Origin: a phage
DNA: 64,000 bases
NCBI GenBank assembly: GCA_020619395.1
Contig: GCA_020619395.1_4860.1
Strand: one strand, 5' to 3'
Of the stretch, positions 38,659 through 47,134 are shown piece by piece. Under the pieces are notes generated by a model. The model did not search any database, was not told where the DNA came from, and worked only from the letters and a program-made list of their open reading frames with translations. The position numbers and the translations under genes are program-made. Within the stretch, counting starts at the first letter, position 1. Every line of letters begins with the position of its first letter.

Positions 38659-38760
38659 CGCGTTAACTCGAGTTAAGGGATTATTGAGGTCGTAAGATTT
38701 TTAGACCCCCTGCCAGCATATTAAAAGCGTAGTGCGTACCAGAATCTGAACAAGAGCAAA

Positions 38761-38810
38761 CAAAAAAAAAGAAAAGGAAACAAAAAAAGAAGGGGAGCCG
38801 AAGCTCCCTT
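38761..38810 (-). terminator. Strong rho-independent terminator upstream of the paralog array
   Basis: Minus-strand GGGAGC-TTCG-GCTCCC hairpin followed by a long T-rich run (CTTCTTTTTTTGTTTCCTTTTCTTTTTTTTT). Confidence 0.7.
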
Positions 38811-38814
38811 TTCT

Positions 38815-39246
38815 TCACGACTTCGACTGCTCCCATTCAGGATAGACGAAGTTTCCATTGTGTTCTTTGTAGTGTTTGTAGAGTTCCTGGACAAGATCAG
38901 AAATCTTATCCCCGCAATCATGAAACCAACTATCCCAGCAAAAGTGCGGGAAGTCGTTCCACGAATAAGATACCTTGTCATTGAAAGCTTCCCAACTGAC
39001 ATACCACCAATAGCCCTTCTGCAGTTCATAGGCATCCCAGAACTTATACCCACTAGACGTTTCGTATACCACGATAATCCATTTGACATCGTTCGTCCCT
39101 TCGTCGCAGATACCGAATGCGTGGTCGGTGGTGTCGAACGTGTAGTCCGTCTTATAGGGTTTGTTTTTGTTGTTTATCCGAATACGTGCACCCTTCGGCA
39201 TCAGAGCATGGAAAGTATCGCCGTTCAGCTTTTTGATTACGTTCAC
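38815..39246 (-). CDS. Hypothetical protein (143 aa), Trp/Tyr-rich
   Basis: GTG start with GAGGA 9 nt upstream; no recognisable domain. Confidence 0.5.
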   Translation of the reverse strand: MNVIKKLNGDTFHALMPKGARIRINNKNKPYKTDYTFDTTDHAFGICDEGTNDVKWIIVVYETSSGYKFWDAYELQKGYWWYVSWEAFNDKVSYSWNDFPHFCWDSWFHDCGDKISDLVQELYKHYKEHNGNFVYPEWEQSKS

Positions 39247-39267
39247 GACTTTATCCTCAATCGTCGA

Positions 39268-39486
39268 TTAACAGACCCACACAAGGCCGTTATTCTTTGG
39301 GCGGTCTTTAACACCGTAGGTTACTTCAACATTGTCAATCATTTTATCGCCGTCTTTCATTGTTTTCATGAAAGCTTTGGCTTCTGCTGCAGACATTTTC
39401 AGCAGCAGGTCAATCATGTCAGGCTTACGTTTGGCGGTGGTTTCAACAACAGGTTTGATTTCAGATTTGGAGAAGAGGTTGCGCAT
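39268..39486 (-). CDS. Hypothetical small protein (72 aa)
   Basis: ATG with AAGGA 9 nt upstream. Confidence 0.45.
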   Translation of the reverse strand: MRNLFSKSEIKPVVETTAKRKPDMIDLLLKMSAAEAKAFMKTMKDGDKMIDNVEVTYGVKDRPKNNGLVWVC

Positions 39487-39547
39487 GGGATATTCCTTTT
39501 TTGTAGATTGCAGGTTGATTGGCGGGACTTTGCCCGCCGAGTTATTA

Positions 39548-39994
39548 TTAGTGTACTTCTTTTTCTAAACGCAGGCGATGTGTTGCTAAGGCAACCGCGC
39601 GGTTTTCGAATTCAAGACTGAATGGGCTGATTTGTGCCATGTATTTCTTTACGATGTCGTCAGAGACAACTTGACGACGATAATCACGAATCATTTCAGC
39701 AAAGCTGCTAGTAGGAAGTTCATCGTATTCGATTTCCATACCACGTCTATTGATGTAGTACGAAGCAACCATGTCGTTAAACATTACATCGCCGGCTTCA
39801 CCTAGGGGGAACTCGTCGCGGGTAGGTTCTGTGGTCTGGAACGTGGCTTCTTTGGCGTTAGCGATAATCTCTTCGAAGACCTCAGTAGTGAATTCGCTAG
39901 GGTCTTGTTTGTTGGCCGCCATCACGATTAGGAAAGAAATCATAATCGGGTTTTTGCTAGCGTACTTAGTAAGTTCGTTATTCAGAATGTACAT
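39548..39994 (-). CDS. Hypothetical protein (148 aa)
   Basis: AAGGAG 8 nt before ATG; preceded by the conserved leader cassette. Confidence 0.6.
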   Translation of the reverse strand: MYILNNELTKYASKNPIMISFLIVMAANKQDPSEFTTEVFEEIIANAKEATFQTTEPTRDEFPLGEAGDVMFNDMVASYYINRRGMEIEYDELPTSSFAEMIRDYRRQVVSDDIVKKYMAQISPFSLEFENRAVALATHRLRLEKEVH

Positions 39995-40025
39995 GTTAAA
40001 ACTCCTTAAGATAATGGTCGAGTAA

Positions 40026-40072
40026 GAGAGTTAATGGTTAACTCTCACCTAAGTAATATATATCTGAAAATT
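40026..40072 (-). promoter_or_regulatory. Conserved upstream motif plus leader hairpin (copy 1 of duplicated leader cassette)
   Basis: Plus-strand AACTCTCACCTAAGTAATATATATCTGAAAA and hairpin GAGAGTTAA-TGG-TTAACTCTC; about 75 nt near-identical to 58103-58180. Confidence 0.45.
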
Positions 40073-40087
40073 ATTGTAATCGGACTA

Positions 40088-40127
40088 GACAAAAAAAGAA
40101 GAAACCCTACTCCCGAAGGAGTAGGGT
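40088..40127 (-). terminator. Rho-independent terminator
   Basis: Minus-strand CCCTACTCC-TTCG-GGAGTAGGG followed by TTTCTTCTTTTTTTG. Confidence 0.7.
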
Positions 40128-40167
40128 GCTGCTTTATTGACCGCTTTTGGGATAAGTGCCTCTCAAG

Positions 40168-40608
40168 TCAATCGGCCACGTAATCACGTAAGAGTTTCCG
40201 GGCTGCTACTGTAGCAGAAACTTGCTCTTTATTAGCGTTAATGCCGATACCATTAAAACGTTTTAGTTTGTCTAAGAAAACGCTAATGTTTTCTTTCGGC
40301 ATAGGGCGTGGGAACTTACGCAGAAAATAAAGTTGTTCGCGGCCAGGCACCCAACTGAGTACCCAGCACGCTTTCAGTGTACGGAAGATATCACGGTAGG
40401 GTTTCTTCTCTTGAAAGAAGTCCCCTTTTAACTGACAACGGTCTTCAACCATTGCCTGGAGTTGAGTGGCTACGTTGGCCATTGCCGGCCAGGTGATAAG
40501 ACGACTACGGTGTTTACCCACGTAGAGACGTCCACCTGTAATACGACGAGACTGTGGATGTACTATTTTGACAAACTGTAATCTTTTCTGTTTGCGTGGC
40601 TTTAACAT
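40168..40608 (-). CDS. Hypothetical basic protein (146 aa)
   Basis: AAGGAG 8 nt before ATG; Lys/Arg-rich; no confident domain. Confidence 0.55.
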   Translation of the reverse strand: MLKPRKQKRLQFVKIVHPQSRRITGGRLYVGKHRSRLITWPAMANVATQLQAMVEDRCQLKGDFFQEKKPYRDIFRTLKACWVLSWVPGREQLYFLRKFPRPMPKENISVFLDKLKRFNGIGINANKEQVSATVAARKLLRDYVAD

Positions 40609-40635
40609 TTAAATACTCCTTAAGGGGCTATGACA

Positions 40636-40968
40636 CTACGGCCGTACAGTTAACATTTCTCTCAGATCGGTCACATCGAGCTTAGCAATCATGGGTGACG
40701 TCGTGATGTGTGCGCAACGAGGCTGTACTCGGTACGCCTCAAGTGGAAAAGGTTTGTTAAATGCTTTTATCTGGTCGCGGCGGAGCTTCTCCATCGCACG
40801 TTTGGCTAATGTCCTTTTTAAAGGTGACCACTTCGCTGCTAAACCGAGAATGATAACATCGACGATTAGCTGGTTCTCTTGATACTCGAATGTACCAATG
40901 AGTTTCTTACCTTTATAGAGTCGCGCACGTCCCTGCTGGAACACGACTGACGTTCGTTTCGTTTTCAT
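40636..40968 (-). CDS. Hypothetical protein (110 aa)
   Basis: ORF in operon orientation; weak RBS. Confidence 0.45.
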   Translation of the reverse strand: MKTKRTSVVFQQGRARLYKGKKLIGTFEYQENQLIVDVIILGLAAKWSPLKRTLAKRAMEKLRRDQIKAFNKPFPLEAYRVQPRCAHITTSPMIAKLDVTDLREMLTVRP

Positions 40969-41011
40969 TGCTTGTGGTTTCCATGGTTAAAGGGAAAACA
41001 AACTGTTATTT

Positions 41012-41413
41012 TTACTCATCTTTTACCTCGAAACCGTGACTACGAAAATACTCGATGGCCGCAGAACGTCTACCTACGCAGGAGAGTTTTTCATAGAGTA
41101 ACTCAAGGAGTGTCTTTGGTTCCCAACGCTGCTCTATGAAATAGATTAGGGCACCCAGGTTCCATCCCAACATCTTATCACGCAGATCCGCATCTCGTCG
41201 GGCATCTCGTAGCTCGTCTTCGAGTTTCCGGTTCTTAGACTGTTCCTCAGAAAGTAATCGTGTAAGCTTACGGCGTTCTTCGAAAGATTCATCGAGATTT
41301 CTCTTCCACGCTTCTTTCGAAATTTCCAACTCAGTCTTTGAGAGGCTGAGTTCCAATTCCAGTATTTCTAATTGGCGACGCAATTGTTTTTTCTCCTGAA
41401 ACAGGCCGAACAT
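41012..41413 (-). CDS. Hypothetical coiled-coil protein (133 aa)
   Basis: ATG 41413 with AAGGAG 7 nt upstream (tracked 41428). Heptad-rich LRRQLEILELELSLSKTELEISKEAWKR. Confidence 0.55.
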   Translation of the reverse strand: MFGLFQEKKQLRRQLEILELELSLSKTELEISKEAWKRNLDESFEERRKLTRLLSEEQSKNRKLEDELRDARRDADLRDKMLGWNLGALIYFIEQRWEPKTLLELLYEKLSCVGRRSAAIEYFRSHGFEVKDE

Positions 41414-41478
41414 GTTTTCTCCTTGCAATAGCTCTATCGATTCTGTTACGAACTTCTGCTAACGATAATGGTTCCCAC

Positions 41479-41799
41479 TTAAAATCCATTGCGACCTCCC
41501 TGTGCGATGTATAACGCACATTTCGCATTGAGTGCTTCGATATTAGCGATAAGTATCATCACCCCGCCGAGTGTGCGCGGTACGCGAACTGCTTCGTATT
41601 CACGCCCTTGCGTGCGGACACAATATTCATCGCCCAGGAACGCGATTTCGTAATACTCAGCACGTAACGGTACAAATGACTGTAGCAACATATCTGCGGT
41701 TTGATAGTCGTCAGTCAGTTTCCCGCCCTCGAGTAAATATTTCTGAATCTCGTGAATGGTCAATCCCTGTAATGAAATAGACACCGGCTTCTCCTTCAT
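41479..41799 (-). CDS. Hypothetical protein (106 aa); start uncertain
   Basis: Overlaps upstream ORF by 89 nt in a different frame; no SD at either candidate start. Confidence 0.35.
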   Translation of the reverse strand: MKEKPVSISLQGLTIHEIQKYLLEGGKLTDDYQTADMLLQSFVPLRAEYYEIAFLGDEYCVRTQGREYEAVRVPRTLGGVMILIANIEALNAKCALYIAQGGRNGF

Positions 41800-42136
41800 G
41801 GTCGATTAATAACAGTTCAGGTGGCACGTCATAGTCGATGGGTGCGGACTCCTCCATCGCGCTATATAATCGCTGATAGAACTCTCTGGAAGTTTCCAGG
41901 TGCCCTCTTGACACATGTCTGACATGCGGTATGTTAGGATGATAAAACTCGCCGTAGGTTATCGCTAACTCAACAAACCATAGACACAGTTCTCTTGGCC
42001 CGTACCGGTTATAAAACTTTATCACCCCAACATCAAACATCTTGTTGTAATGCGGTAAATCACGATAACGAAGTTTTAGTGTACCTACGCCGATGCGTTG
42101 AAGCTCGATAGAGATAGCTACGTCTATGGTTACCAT
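41711..42136 (-). CDS. Hypothetical protein (141 aa)
   Basis: ORF with weak AAGGG RBS. Confidence 0.45.
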   Translation of the reverse strand: MVTIDVAISIELQRIGVGTLKLRYRDLPHYNKMFDVGVIKFYNRYGPRELCLWFVELAITYGEFYHPNIPHVRHVSRGHLETSREFYQRLYSAMEESAPIDYDVPPELLLIDHEGEAGVYFITGIDHSRDSEIFTRGRETD

Positions 42137-42159
42137 TCACAATTACCCTTATCTACCGA

Positions 42160-42543
42160 TCAGTTAAATCCGGTATATTCGTTGATGCTACCGTCCTTGA
42201 TATACACGCCTGGCGTCAGTGCAACTTTACGTGGATCGTTATCAGCACGCTCGCCGTTACACTGAACGTTCCACTCGTTGACTAAGCGCTCCATTTCGCG
42301 CGATGCATATAGGCGCACGTCTGTAACCAGCTCGCTGGCCTCACCCAGATGCGTTGCGTGAAGCACGCTATTCTCCAGGCCGTAGAGTTTAGCGAGCAGG
42401 ATTTTGTTAAGTTCTAACGCTGCTTTTGCAACGAGCGCGTACCCTTGACGTTGTCCATCTATGTCTGCGTTCAGTAACGTCAGCTGATGATTTTTCATGT
42501 GCTCGATAGCCAGTGCTAAATCGGTGTTCGGTGGTGTTTCCAT
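42160..42543 (-). CDS. Hypothetical protein (127 aa)
   Basis: Start overlaps upstream stop (TAATG coupling). Confidence 0.55.
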   Translation of the reverse strand: METPPNTDLALAIEHMKNHQLTLLNADIDGQRQGYALVAKAALELNKILLAKLYGLENSVLHATHLGEASELVTDVRLYASREMERLVNEWNVQCNGERADNDPRKVALTPGVYIKDGSINEYTGFN

Positions 42544-42863
42544 TAGTCTTTATCCTCACGTTTACTAAATTCTTCTAACATCTCGTCGTACGCACTCCTG
42601 GTATCTTTTAATCCCTGAACGGCCGCGTCATAGGCACGCCGCGCAGGGGACGTAAGATGGTAGTGCCCAATACGTTCGATAATGTCGTGACAGCGACTTA
42701 TGTGCGTGCAGAGCCTACTCGCATTAACGCCCAGTTCCGCGAGGTCGTGTCTTAACTGCAAGTTATCGGCCTGTACACGACGGTTAGCGGCAGCTAATTC
42801 TCGGTTTTCTTCGTACAGTTGTTTTTGTCGCTTGTTAATCAGCGCCAGTAACCAGTTCAACAT
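42543..42863 (-). CDS. Hypothetical coiled-coil protein (106 aa)
   Basis: AAGGGGGA RBS before ATG. Confidence 0.55.
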   Translation of the reverse strand: MLNWLLALINKRQKQLYEENRELAAANRRVQADNLQLRHDLAELGVNASRLCTHISRCHDIIERIGHYHLTSPARRAYDAAVQGLKDTRSAYDEMLEEFSKREDKD

Positions 42864-42873
42864 CCTGTCCCCC

Positions 42874-43392
42874 TTAACGCTTCAGATAGATAACGTTATG
42901 GTTTTCGTACTTCGCGTCTACCCAGGAAAATTCCCAGTAATGTCTCGGACGATCGGCGATTTTCATGTCCAGTTCCAGTATACCGTCCATAGGTACCTGT
43001 CTGAGCACCTCTACGATGCTCTGCAGCTCGTTACGAGGCCGGTCGTGGATTAGCTCCAGATAACGCTCCAAACGCGCAGGCGTCGCTACAGTGCGAATAT
43101 GAGTACGTTTATCATCGTCGTGCAGGTAAAGGAAGTTTGGTGTGCGTGGAACGTACCAGTGCCAGGTACCGATATACGGACCAGGCTGATAATCAGACAG
43201 TTGTTTGATTGCATTTAATACCGACGAACAACGGAAATACCAGATGTCCCATTCATCACGAGGGAACAGTTCCGCGACTTTCACTTTCAATGGGTCGATA
43301 CTAATATCCCCCGCAGCCAATACTTCCGGGGCAACGCCAGATTCTAAAACGTTACGTTCCCGTTTGGTATACAGGTTCATGATAATATTCAC
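42874..43392 (-). CDS. Hypothetical protein (172 aa)
   Basis: GTG 43392 with AAGGAG 8 nt upstream. Confidence 0.55.
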   Translation of the reverse strand: MNIIMNLYTKRERNVLESGVAPEVLAAGDISIDPLKVKVAELFPRDEWDIWYFRCSSVLNAIKQLSDYQPGPYIGTWHWYVPRTPNFLYLHDDDKRTHIRTVATPARLERYLELIHDRPRNELQSIVEVLRQVPMDGILELDMKIADRPRHYWEFSWVDAKYENHNVIYLKR

Positions 43393-43419
43393 TTAATGCT
43401 CCTTAGGATTTAAAATAGC

Positions 43420-43704
43420 TTACTGTTTAGCCCAGTATTCGGCTAACGTTTGGTCACCTTTACCGATGCGAGCATGAATGCCCATTTTACGCAGCCGGTA
43501 CAGTTCAAGGGACATGGTGTTTAGTTTGATAAGATTTACGTCTGTTGGACTCTTAAGGCAATCGTCTAATACATTAACGAATTTATCCAGCGCCTCTTGC
43601 GGAACTTTACCTTCTGGGTAGTCGTACAGTGTTATCACTTTAAAGGTGTAACCGTCGATATTCGACAACTGTTTTACAGCTTCACCGATATCACGATTTA
43701 TCAT
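43420..43704 (-). CDS. Hypothetical protein (94 aa)
   Basis: ATG 43704 with AGGA 7 nt upstream chosen over tracked 43773, which overlaps the upstream gene. Confidence 0.4.
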   Translation of the reverse strand: MINRDIGEAVKQLSNIDGYTFKVITLYDYPEGKVPQEALDKFVNVLDDCLKSPTDVNLIKLNTMSLELYRLRKMGIHARIGKGDQTLAEYWAKQ

Positions 43705-43747
43705 TGGTGTCCTATTGAGACGCATTGGTCTGGCAACACCGATTACT

Positions 43748-44080
43748 CTACTCATTGACCACCCCCAAACCACTTACAGTGGATGCTGCGGGGACATCCA
43801 GGTTATTCATCCATAGCGACAGCTTGTTCATCTTCGCTGCGGTCTCTGGGCTAGGGTTATTGCGCAATTCACTTAAAGCCATCGCATACTGGGTTGCCAG
43901 TATTTGACTGCCGTAGAAAGCACCACGGCTTACAGGCAGCGCTTCGAAGCGTGCATCGAAATTGTTTGCTTGGTTAAGTTCTTTAACAGTGCTCAGAATG
44001 GCTTCTTGCATTCGAAGTTCACCGTCGCCTTCAAGGTCAGTTGCCTGACGCAATACCGCAATGTGATAGACTTTAGACAT
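43748..44080 (-). CDS. Hypothetical protein (110 aa)
   Basis: AAGGAG RBS; preceded by conserved upstream motif and terminator. Confidence 0.6.
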   Translation of the reverse strand: MSKVYHIAVLRQATDLEGDGELRMQEAILSTVKELNQANNFDARFEALPVSRGAFYGSQILATQYAMALSELRNNPSPETAAKMNKLSLWMNNLDVPAASTVSGLGVVNE

Positions 44081-44140
44081 TTTAATTGCTCCTTAATACA
44101 TGACATAAGTTCTGATTGAAACGTAAATTTCAGAGGTTCA

Positions 44141-44162
44141 CTGAGATAACATCTATCTGAAA
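44141..44162 (-). promoter_or_regulatory. Conserved upstream motif (GAGATAACATCTATCTGAAA class)
   Basis: Plus-strand CTGAGATAACATCTATCTGAAA 60-80 nt upstream of the ATG at 44080; same core at 51581, 59856, 40040, 58148. Confidence 0.4.
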
Positions 44163-44202
44163 TAAAATAAAGCGTACCAGCCACCCCGAAGGATAGCTGG
44201 TA
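44163..44202 (-). terminator. Rho-independent terminator
   Basis: Minus-strand CCAGCTATCC-TTCG-GGGTGGCTGG (two G-U pairs) followed by TACGCTTTATTTTATTT. Confidence 0.6.
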
Positions 44203-44207
44203 TACAC

Positions 44208-45020
44208 TTAGTTAGTTTCGAGTGGATCGTCTGGAATAGTAAACGTTATATCAAGTGAAGCTGTTGTGTGGTTGGGGATTGCCAAGTCGTGATAGATATC
44301 ATGCCCTGCACCATGTTCTTTATAGAGGAGATACAACCCGATTGCACGCATCGCTTCCCCGGTATAAAACCCAAAGGCTTGACCGTTATCCGTAGTAGGG
44401 TTTGCCCACGGAGACCAGGCACCGTTAATGGCTTTTCCTGGAATGTCTGTGACGGTGAAGTTGTCACCCATCTCTTTCATCCCCATATCCATAATTCGGT
44501 CTAACCCATCCACCGTACAACCGGCCATTGCTGCGTAAGCACTGCCTGCTATCCAGAGCGCACACATATGTGCTGTGAAATCATTCTCTACCCATACCGG
44601 TTTATTTGGTGCCGTAGGGAATTCATTCGGGGTGTGGTTGTCAAAGCGGTCTAAGAACCCTACGAGCCACTTAGCCCAATTTTCAACGTACACTACTAGC
44701 TCAGGTGGAACCTCTTTACCACGCACCACCAACTCGTACCAACAACGCGCAGCGGCGTTATACGCGCGCGGCTGATAACCTGCCCACGGATGTCCATCGC
44801 CCCAATGGAACGTTGTCCACGTATCTGCCGGACCGTAAGGGTAGTTATCCCAACGGTTCCAAATATACGCCGCACAACCTGGACCTAACTCACCTATCTG
44901 CGTTTGGTAGTTGGTTTGTGAATCGTGCATAAACCGAATCTGATTTAAGAGCCAGTCTTTGTAGCGATCATCGGTGTGTATGGTGTACATAAACGGATAC
45001 TGATAGCCGGGATACGGCAT
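44208..45020 (-). CDS. Hypothetical protein (270 aa), Trp/His-rich
   Basis: Long ORF in operon orientation; no assignable motif. Confidence 0.55.
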   Translation of the reverse strand: MPYPGYQYPFMYTIHTDDRYKDWLLNQIRFMHDSQTNYQTQIGELGPGCAAYIWNRWDNYPYGPADTWTTFHWGDGHPWAGYQPRAYNAAARCWYELVVRGKEVPPELVVYVENWAKWLVGFLDRFDNHTPNEFPTAPNKPVWVENDFTAHMCALWIAGSAYAAMAGCTVDGLDRIMDMGMKEMGDNFTVTDIPGKAINGAWSPWANPTTDNGQAFGFYTGEAMRAIGLYLLYKEHGAGHDIYHDLAIPNHTTASLDITFTIPDDPLETN

Positions 45021-45034
45021 CCCGTGCCATGCAC

Positions 45035-45313
45035 CTAGCTGATACGTTCCTTCCGAATAAATGTTCGAGAACGGTATCGTACCTGGACAATACGCGAGCG
45101 AGTCAAGACGGTAATCTTCTTACCGTTAGGTTTACGTGCTTTCGCAATGTACGCTTGCGAGGTACGGGCACTTTCAACACCTAAGTCGATTGGCCCTACT
45201 CCGCTTATCACAATCTCGTCAGGCGATAATGACAAGCCGTTATCGTGATTAATCAACGCCACGACAAGCGCTTTCGACGAGAGTGTTAGGTCGGGCTGAT
45301 AGCGGTCTGCCAT
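45035..45313 (-). CDS. Hypothetical protein (92 aa)
   Basis: ATG 45313 with GGAGG 6 nt upstream, immediately after a terminator; tracked 45349 start lies inside the hairpin. Confidence 0.45.
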   Translation of the reverse strand: MADRYQPDLTLSSKALVVALINHDNGLSLSPDEIVISGVGPIDLGVESARTSQAYIAKARKPNGKKITVLTRSRIVQVRYRSRTFIRKERIS

Positions 45314-45326
45314 TAACGCCTCCAGA

Positions 45327-45370
45327 AACAAAAAAAAATAAGCTACCACACATATGATCGTGTGGTAGCC
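45327..45370 (-). terminator. Rho-independent terminator
   Basis: Minus-strand GCTACCACAC..GTGTGGTAGC 10-bp stem followed by TTATTTTTTTTTG. Confidence 0.75.
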
Positions 45371-45383
45371 TACTCGTACGGTG

Positions 45384-45779
45384 TTAGTGCAGTGTAGCGC
45401 TGTGCACTACAGTTAACCCGCGACGTCCGATTTCATCCGCGATGGATTGCAACAGCTTATCGTAACCCACCTTTACAAATTCAGGTAAGCCGCGGTCAAC
45501 CATCTCCATCTCGGTGATTTCTTCACGGAAAACTTGACAACAGCCTTCTAAATAACGTTTAGCTTCTGTCACGTCATCGACATACCGCGCATAACTCAGG
45601 GCGATCGCGTAACCTTCTGCAATAAACGCATACTTCATGAAGACTTCAGGGTCGAGTTCTTCAACTGCCACGTCTAGACGTGAAGCGGTCTGACGTACAG
45701 AGTTACGTAATGATTCAGAAAACAGTGTAGTCGTAACCATATCCTGATTAGGAACGGTTTTAGGCATAATCAATTTCAC
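45384..45779 (-). CDS. Hypothetical protein (131 aa)
   Basis: GTG start with AAGGAG about 9 nt upstream. Confidence 0.55.
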   Translation of the reverse strand: MKLIMPKTVPNQDMVTTTLFSESLRNSVRQTASRLDVAVEELDPEVFMKYAFIAEGYAIALSYARYVDDVTEAKRYLEGCCQVFREEITEMEMVDRGLPEFVKVGYDKLLQSIADEIGRRGLTVVHSATLH

Positions 45780-45790
45780 GAGGACTCTCC

Positions 45791-46174
45791 TTACGATAAC
45801 TCGCCCATGTAAATTACTTCATAACCGAACCACTCACCGATTTCAATAAGGTAAGAAACTAGCAAGTGGCGATGACAGAATTTCCCCGGTGGGCAATAGC
45901 ACATTAGTACGACCTCGCCCTGGCGGAGAATCTCTATCAACTTATCAGTGTCTTCATCAAACAACCGACTAAGTTTCTGCAGGTAGCGTTTGGTATACGC
46001 AGCTTCTGCGTCGGGGCCTTTGTCAGACTTCTTGTAGTCCATCAGAAAGTCCCAGTCAGGTGCCAAATATTTCAGCCCCGACTTAACCGTTATATCCAGC
46101 TTTGGCAAATTCCGTTTTTCAGCTATCCGCCACTTCGCCAGTTGGAGCGTCCACAGCTTTACTTGCTTTGGCAT
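45791..46174 (-). CDS. Hypothetical protein with CYCPPGKFCHRH motif (127 aa)
   Basis: Start set to ATG 46174 (MPKQVKLW); Cys/His cluster near C-terminus; overlaps 3' end of upstream gene by 56 nt. Confidence 0.45.
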   Translation of the reverse strand: MPKQVKLWTLQLAKWRIAEKRNLPKLDITVKSGLKYLAPDWDFLMDYKKSDKGPDAEAAYTKRYLQKLSRLFDEDTDKLIEILRQGEVVLMCYCPPGKFCHRHLLVSYLIEIGEWFGYEVIYMGELS

Positions 46175-47126
46175 TTTTCGCTCTCTCTTTTTCTTTCTCC
46201 TGAAGCGCTTTAAAATGCGGTGCATATTCGCACCACTCTTCTGCTGTAAATGACGTGATAAACAGTCTTTCGGTATCTTCAGTTACCGTAAAGGTTGTGT
46301 GATTTCTTTTCGGGTCCTTAAAGTTAGCAAAAGTCGGTACGTCCAAACCCATAGCAGAAATAGCACCACCAAGAGCAGAGCACCATACCCGTCTGTAAGC
46401 ATCGTTGATTTTAATCTCCCATCCCACAGACGGTGTAATACCAAGACTACGATAATTCTGCGACTTTGCCGACGGATGGGCATAAACGATGAGCATGTTA
46501 TTCTCACGGTCTATCGCGAATTCGTAGTTGTTGTAGTTACTGACCTGCACCAATCTACGAATGTCTTCCGGCAACTCCTGCCACATTTCCAGTTTCTCTT
46601 TATCCCACGCAGGTGTTAGAAGCGGTGGAACGCGGCCGGCATGATCTTGGAAATACATCAGTTCGCTATAAAGGTTCTTTAAGCGAGCGTACTCGTCTAA
46701 TGTCCAATCTCCCAGCTCTAGACTATTCTCCAACGCATCTAGCTTATTCCAGCCAACAACTGCATAGGCGTGGTGCTGTTTGCGTGTAATGTCGCACATC
46801 AGTTTAGCGAGACCGTTAACAACATTGCCTTGCTGAACCAGAGGCGACCAGCCGTTAGCGTAGCCGGCGCTAACGACAGGCGGAAAGTTCTCTTCCCCGA
46901 GCACCGCCCATGTAACACGATCGGTTTGTGCGTGGTATCTGTCCATTAACCGTTCAACAATGGCCACACTACAAAGAATTTCCATGAAGTTCGCGTTACC
47001 TCCATTCCACATGGAGAAATATGCAGGACGGACATGTCGCGCTTCATTGGCCGGTGCTTTGCACAACAGCTGATACATTATCCAGGTGGAATCCAACCCT
47101 GCTGAAAACGAAACGAGCTTCGTCAT
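46119..47126 (-). CDS. PP-loop superfamily ATP pyrophosphatase-like enzyme (335 aa)
   Basis: N-terminal SFSAGLDST resembles the SGGxDS PP-loop (QueC / PAPS-reductase-like families); GAGG RBS. Confidence 0.55.
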   Translation of the reverse strand: MTKLVSFSAGLDSTWIMYQLLCKAPANEARHVRPAYFSMWNGGNANFMEILCSVAIVERLMDRYHAQTDRVTWAVLGEENFPPVVSAGYANGWSPLVQQGNVVNGLAKLMCDITRKQHHAYAVVGWNKLDALENSLELGDWTLDEYARLKNLYSELMYFQDHAGRVPPLLTPAWDKEKLEMWQELPEDIRRLVQVSNYNNYEFAIDRENNMLIVYAHPSAKSQNYRSLGITPSVGWEIKINDAYRRVWCSALGGAISAMGLDVPTFANFKDPKRNHTTFTVTEDTERLFITSFTAEEWCEYAPHFKALQEKEKERAKNAKASKAVDAPTGEVADS

Positions 47127-47134
47127 CCTTTACC

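Noticed and set aside
38735-38752. Full copy of the upstream motif ahead of the paralog array
   Set aside because: Only a degenerate ATCTGAA core is present (AGAATCTGAACA); too weak to call as a feature, so mentioned only in the motif finding.
40168-40608. Basic 146-aa protein as a homing (HNH) endonuclease
   Set aside because: It is isolated by terminators and Lys/Arg-rich, but I could not find an HNH, GIY-YIG or LAGLIDADG motif; left as hypothetical.
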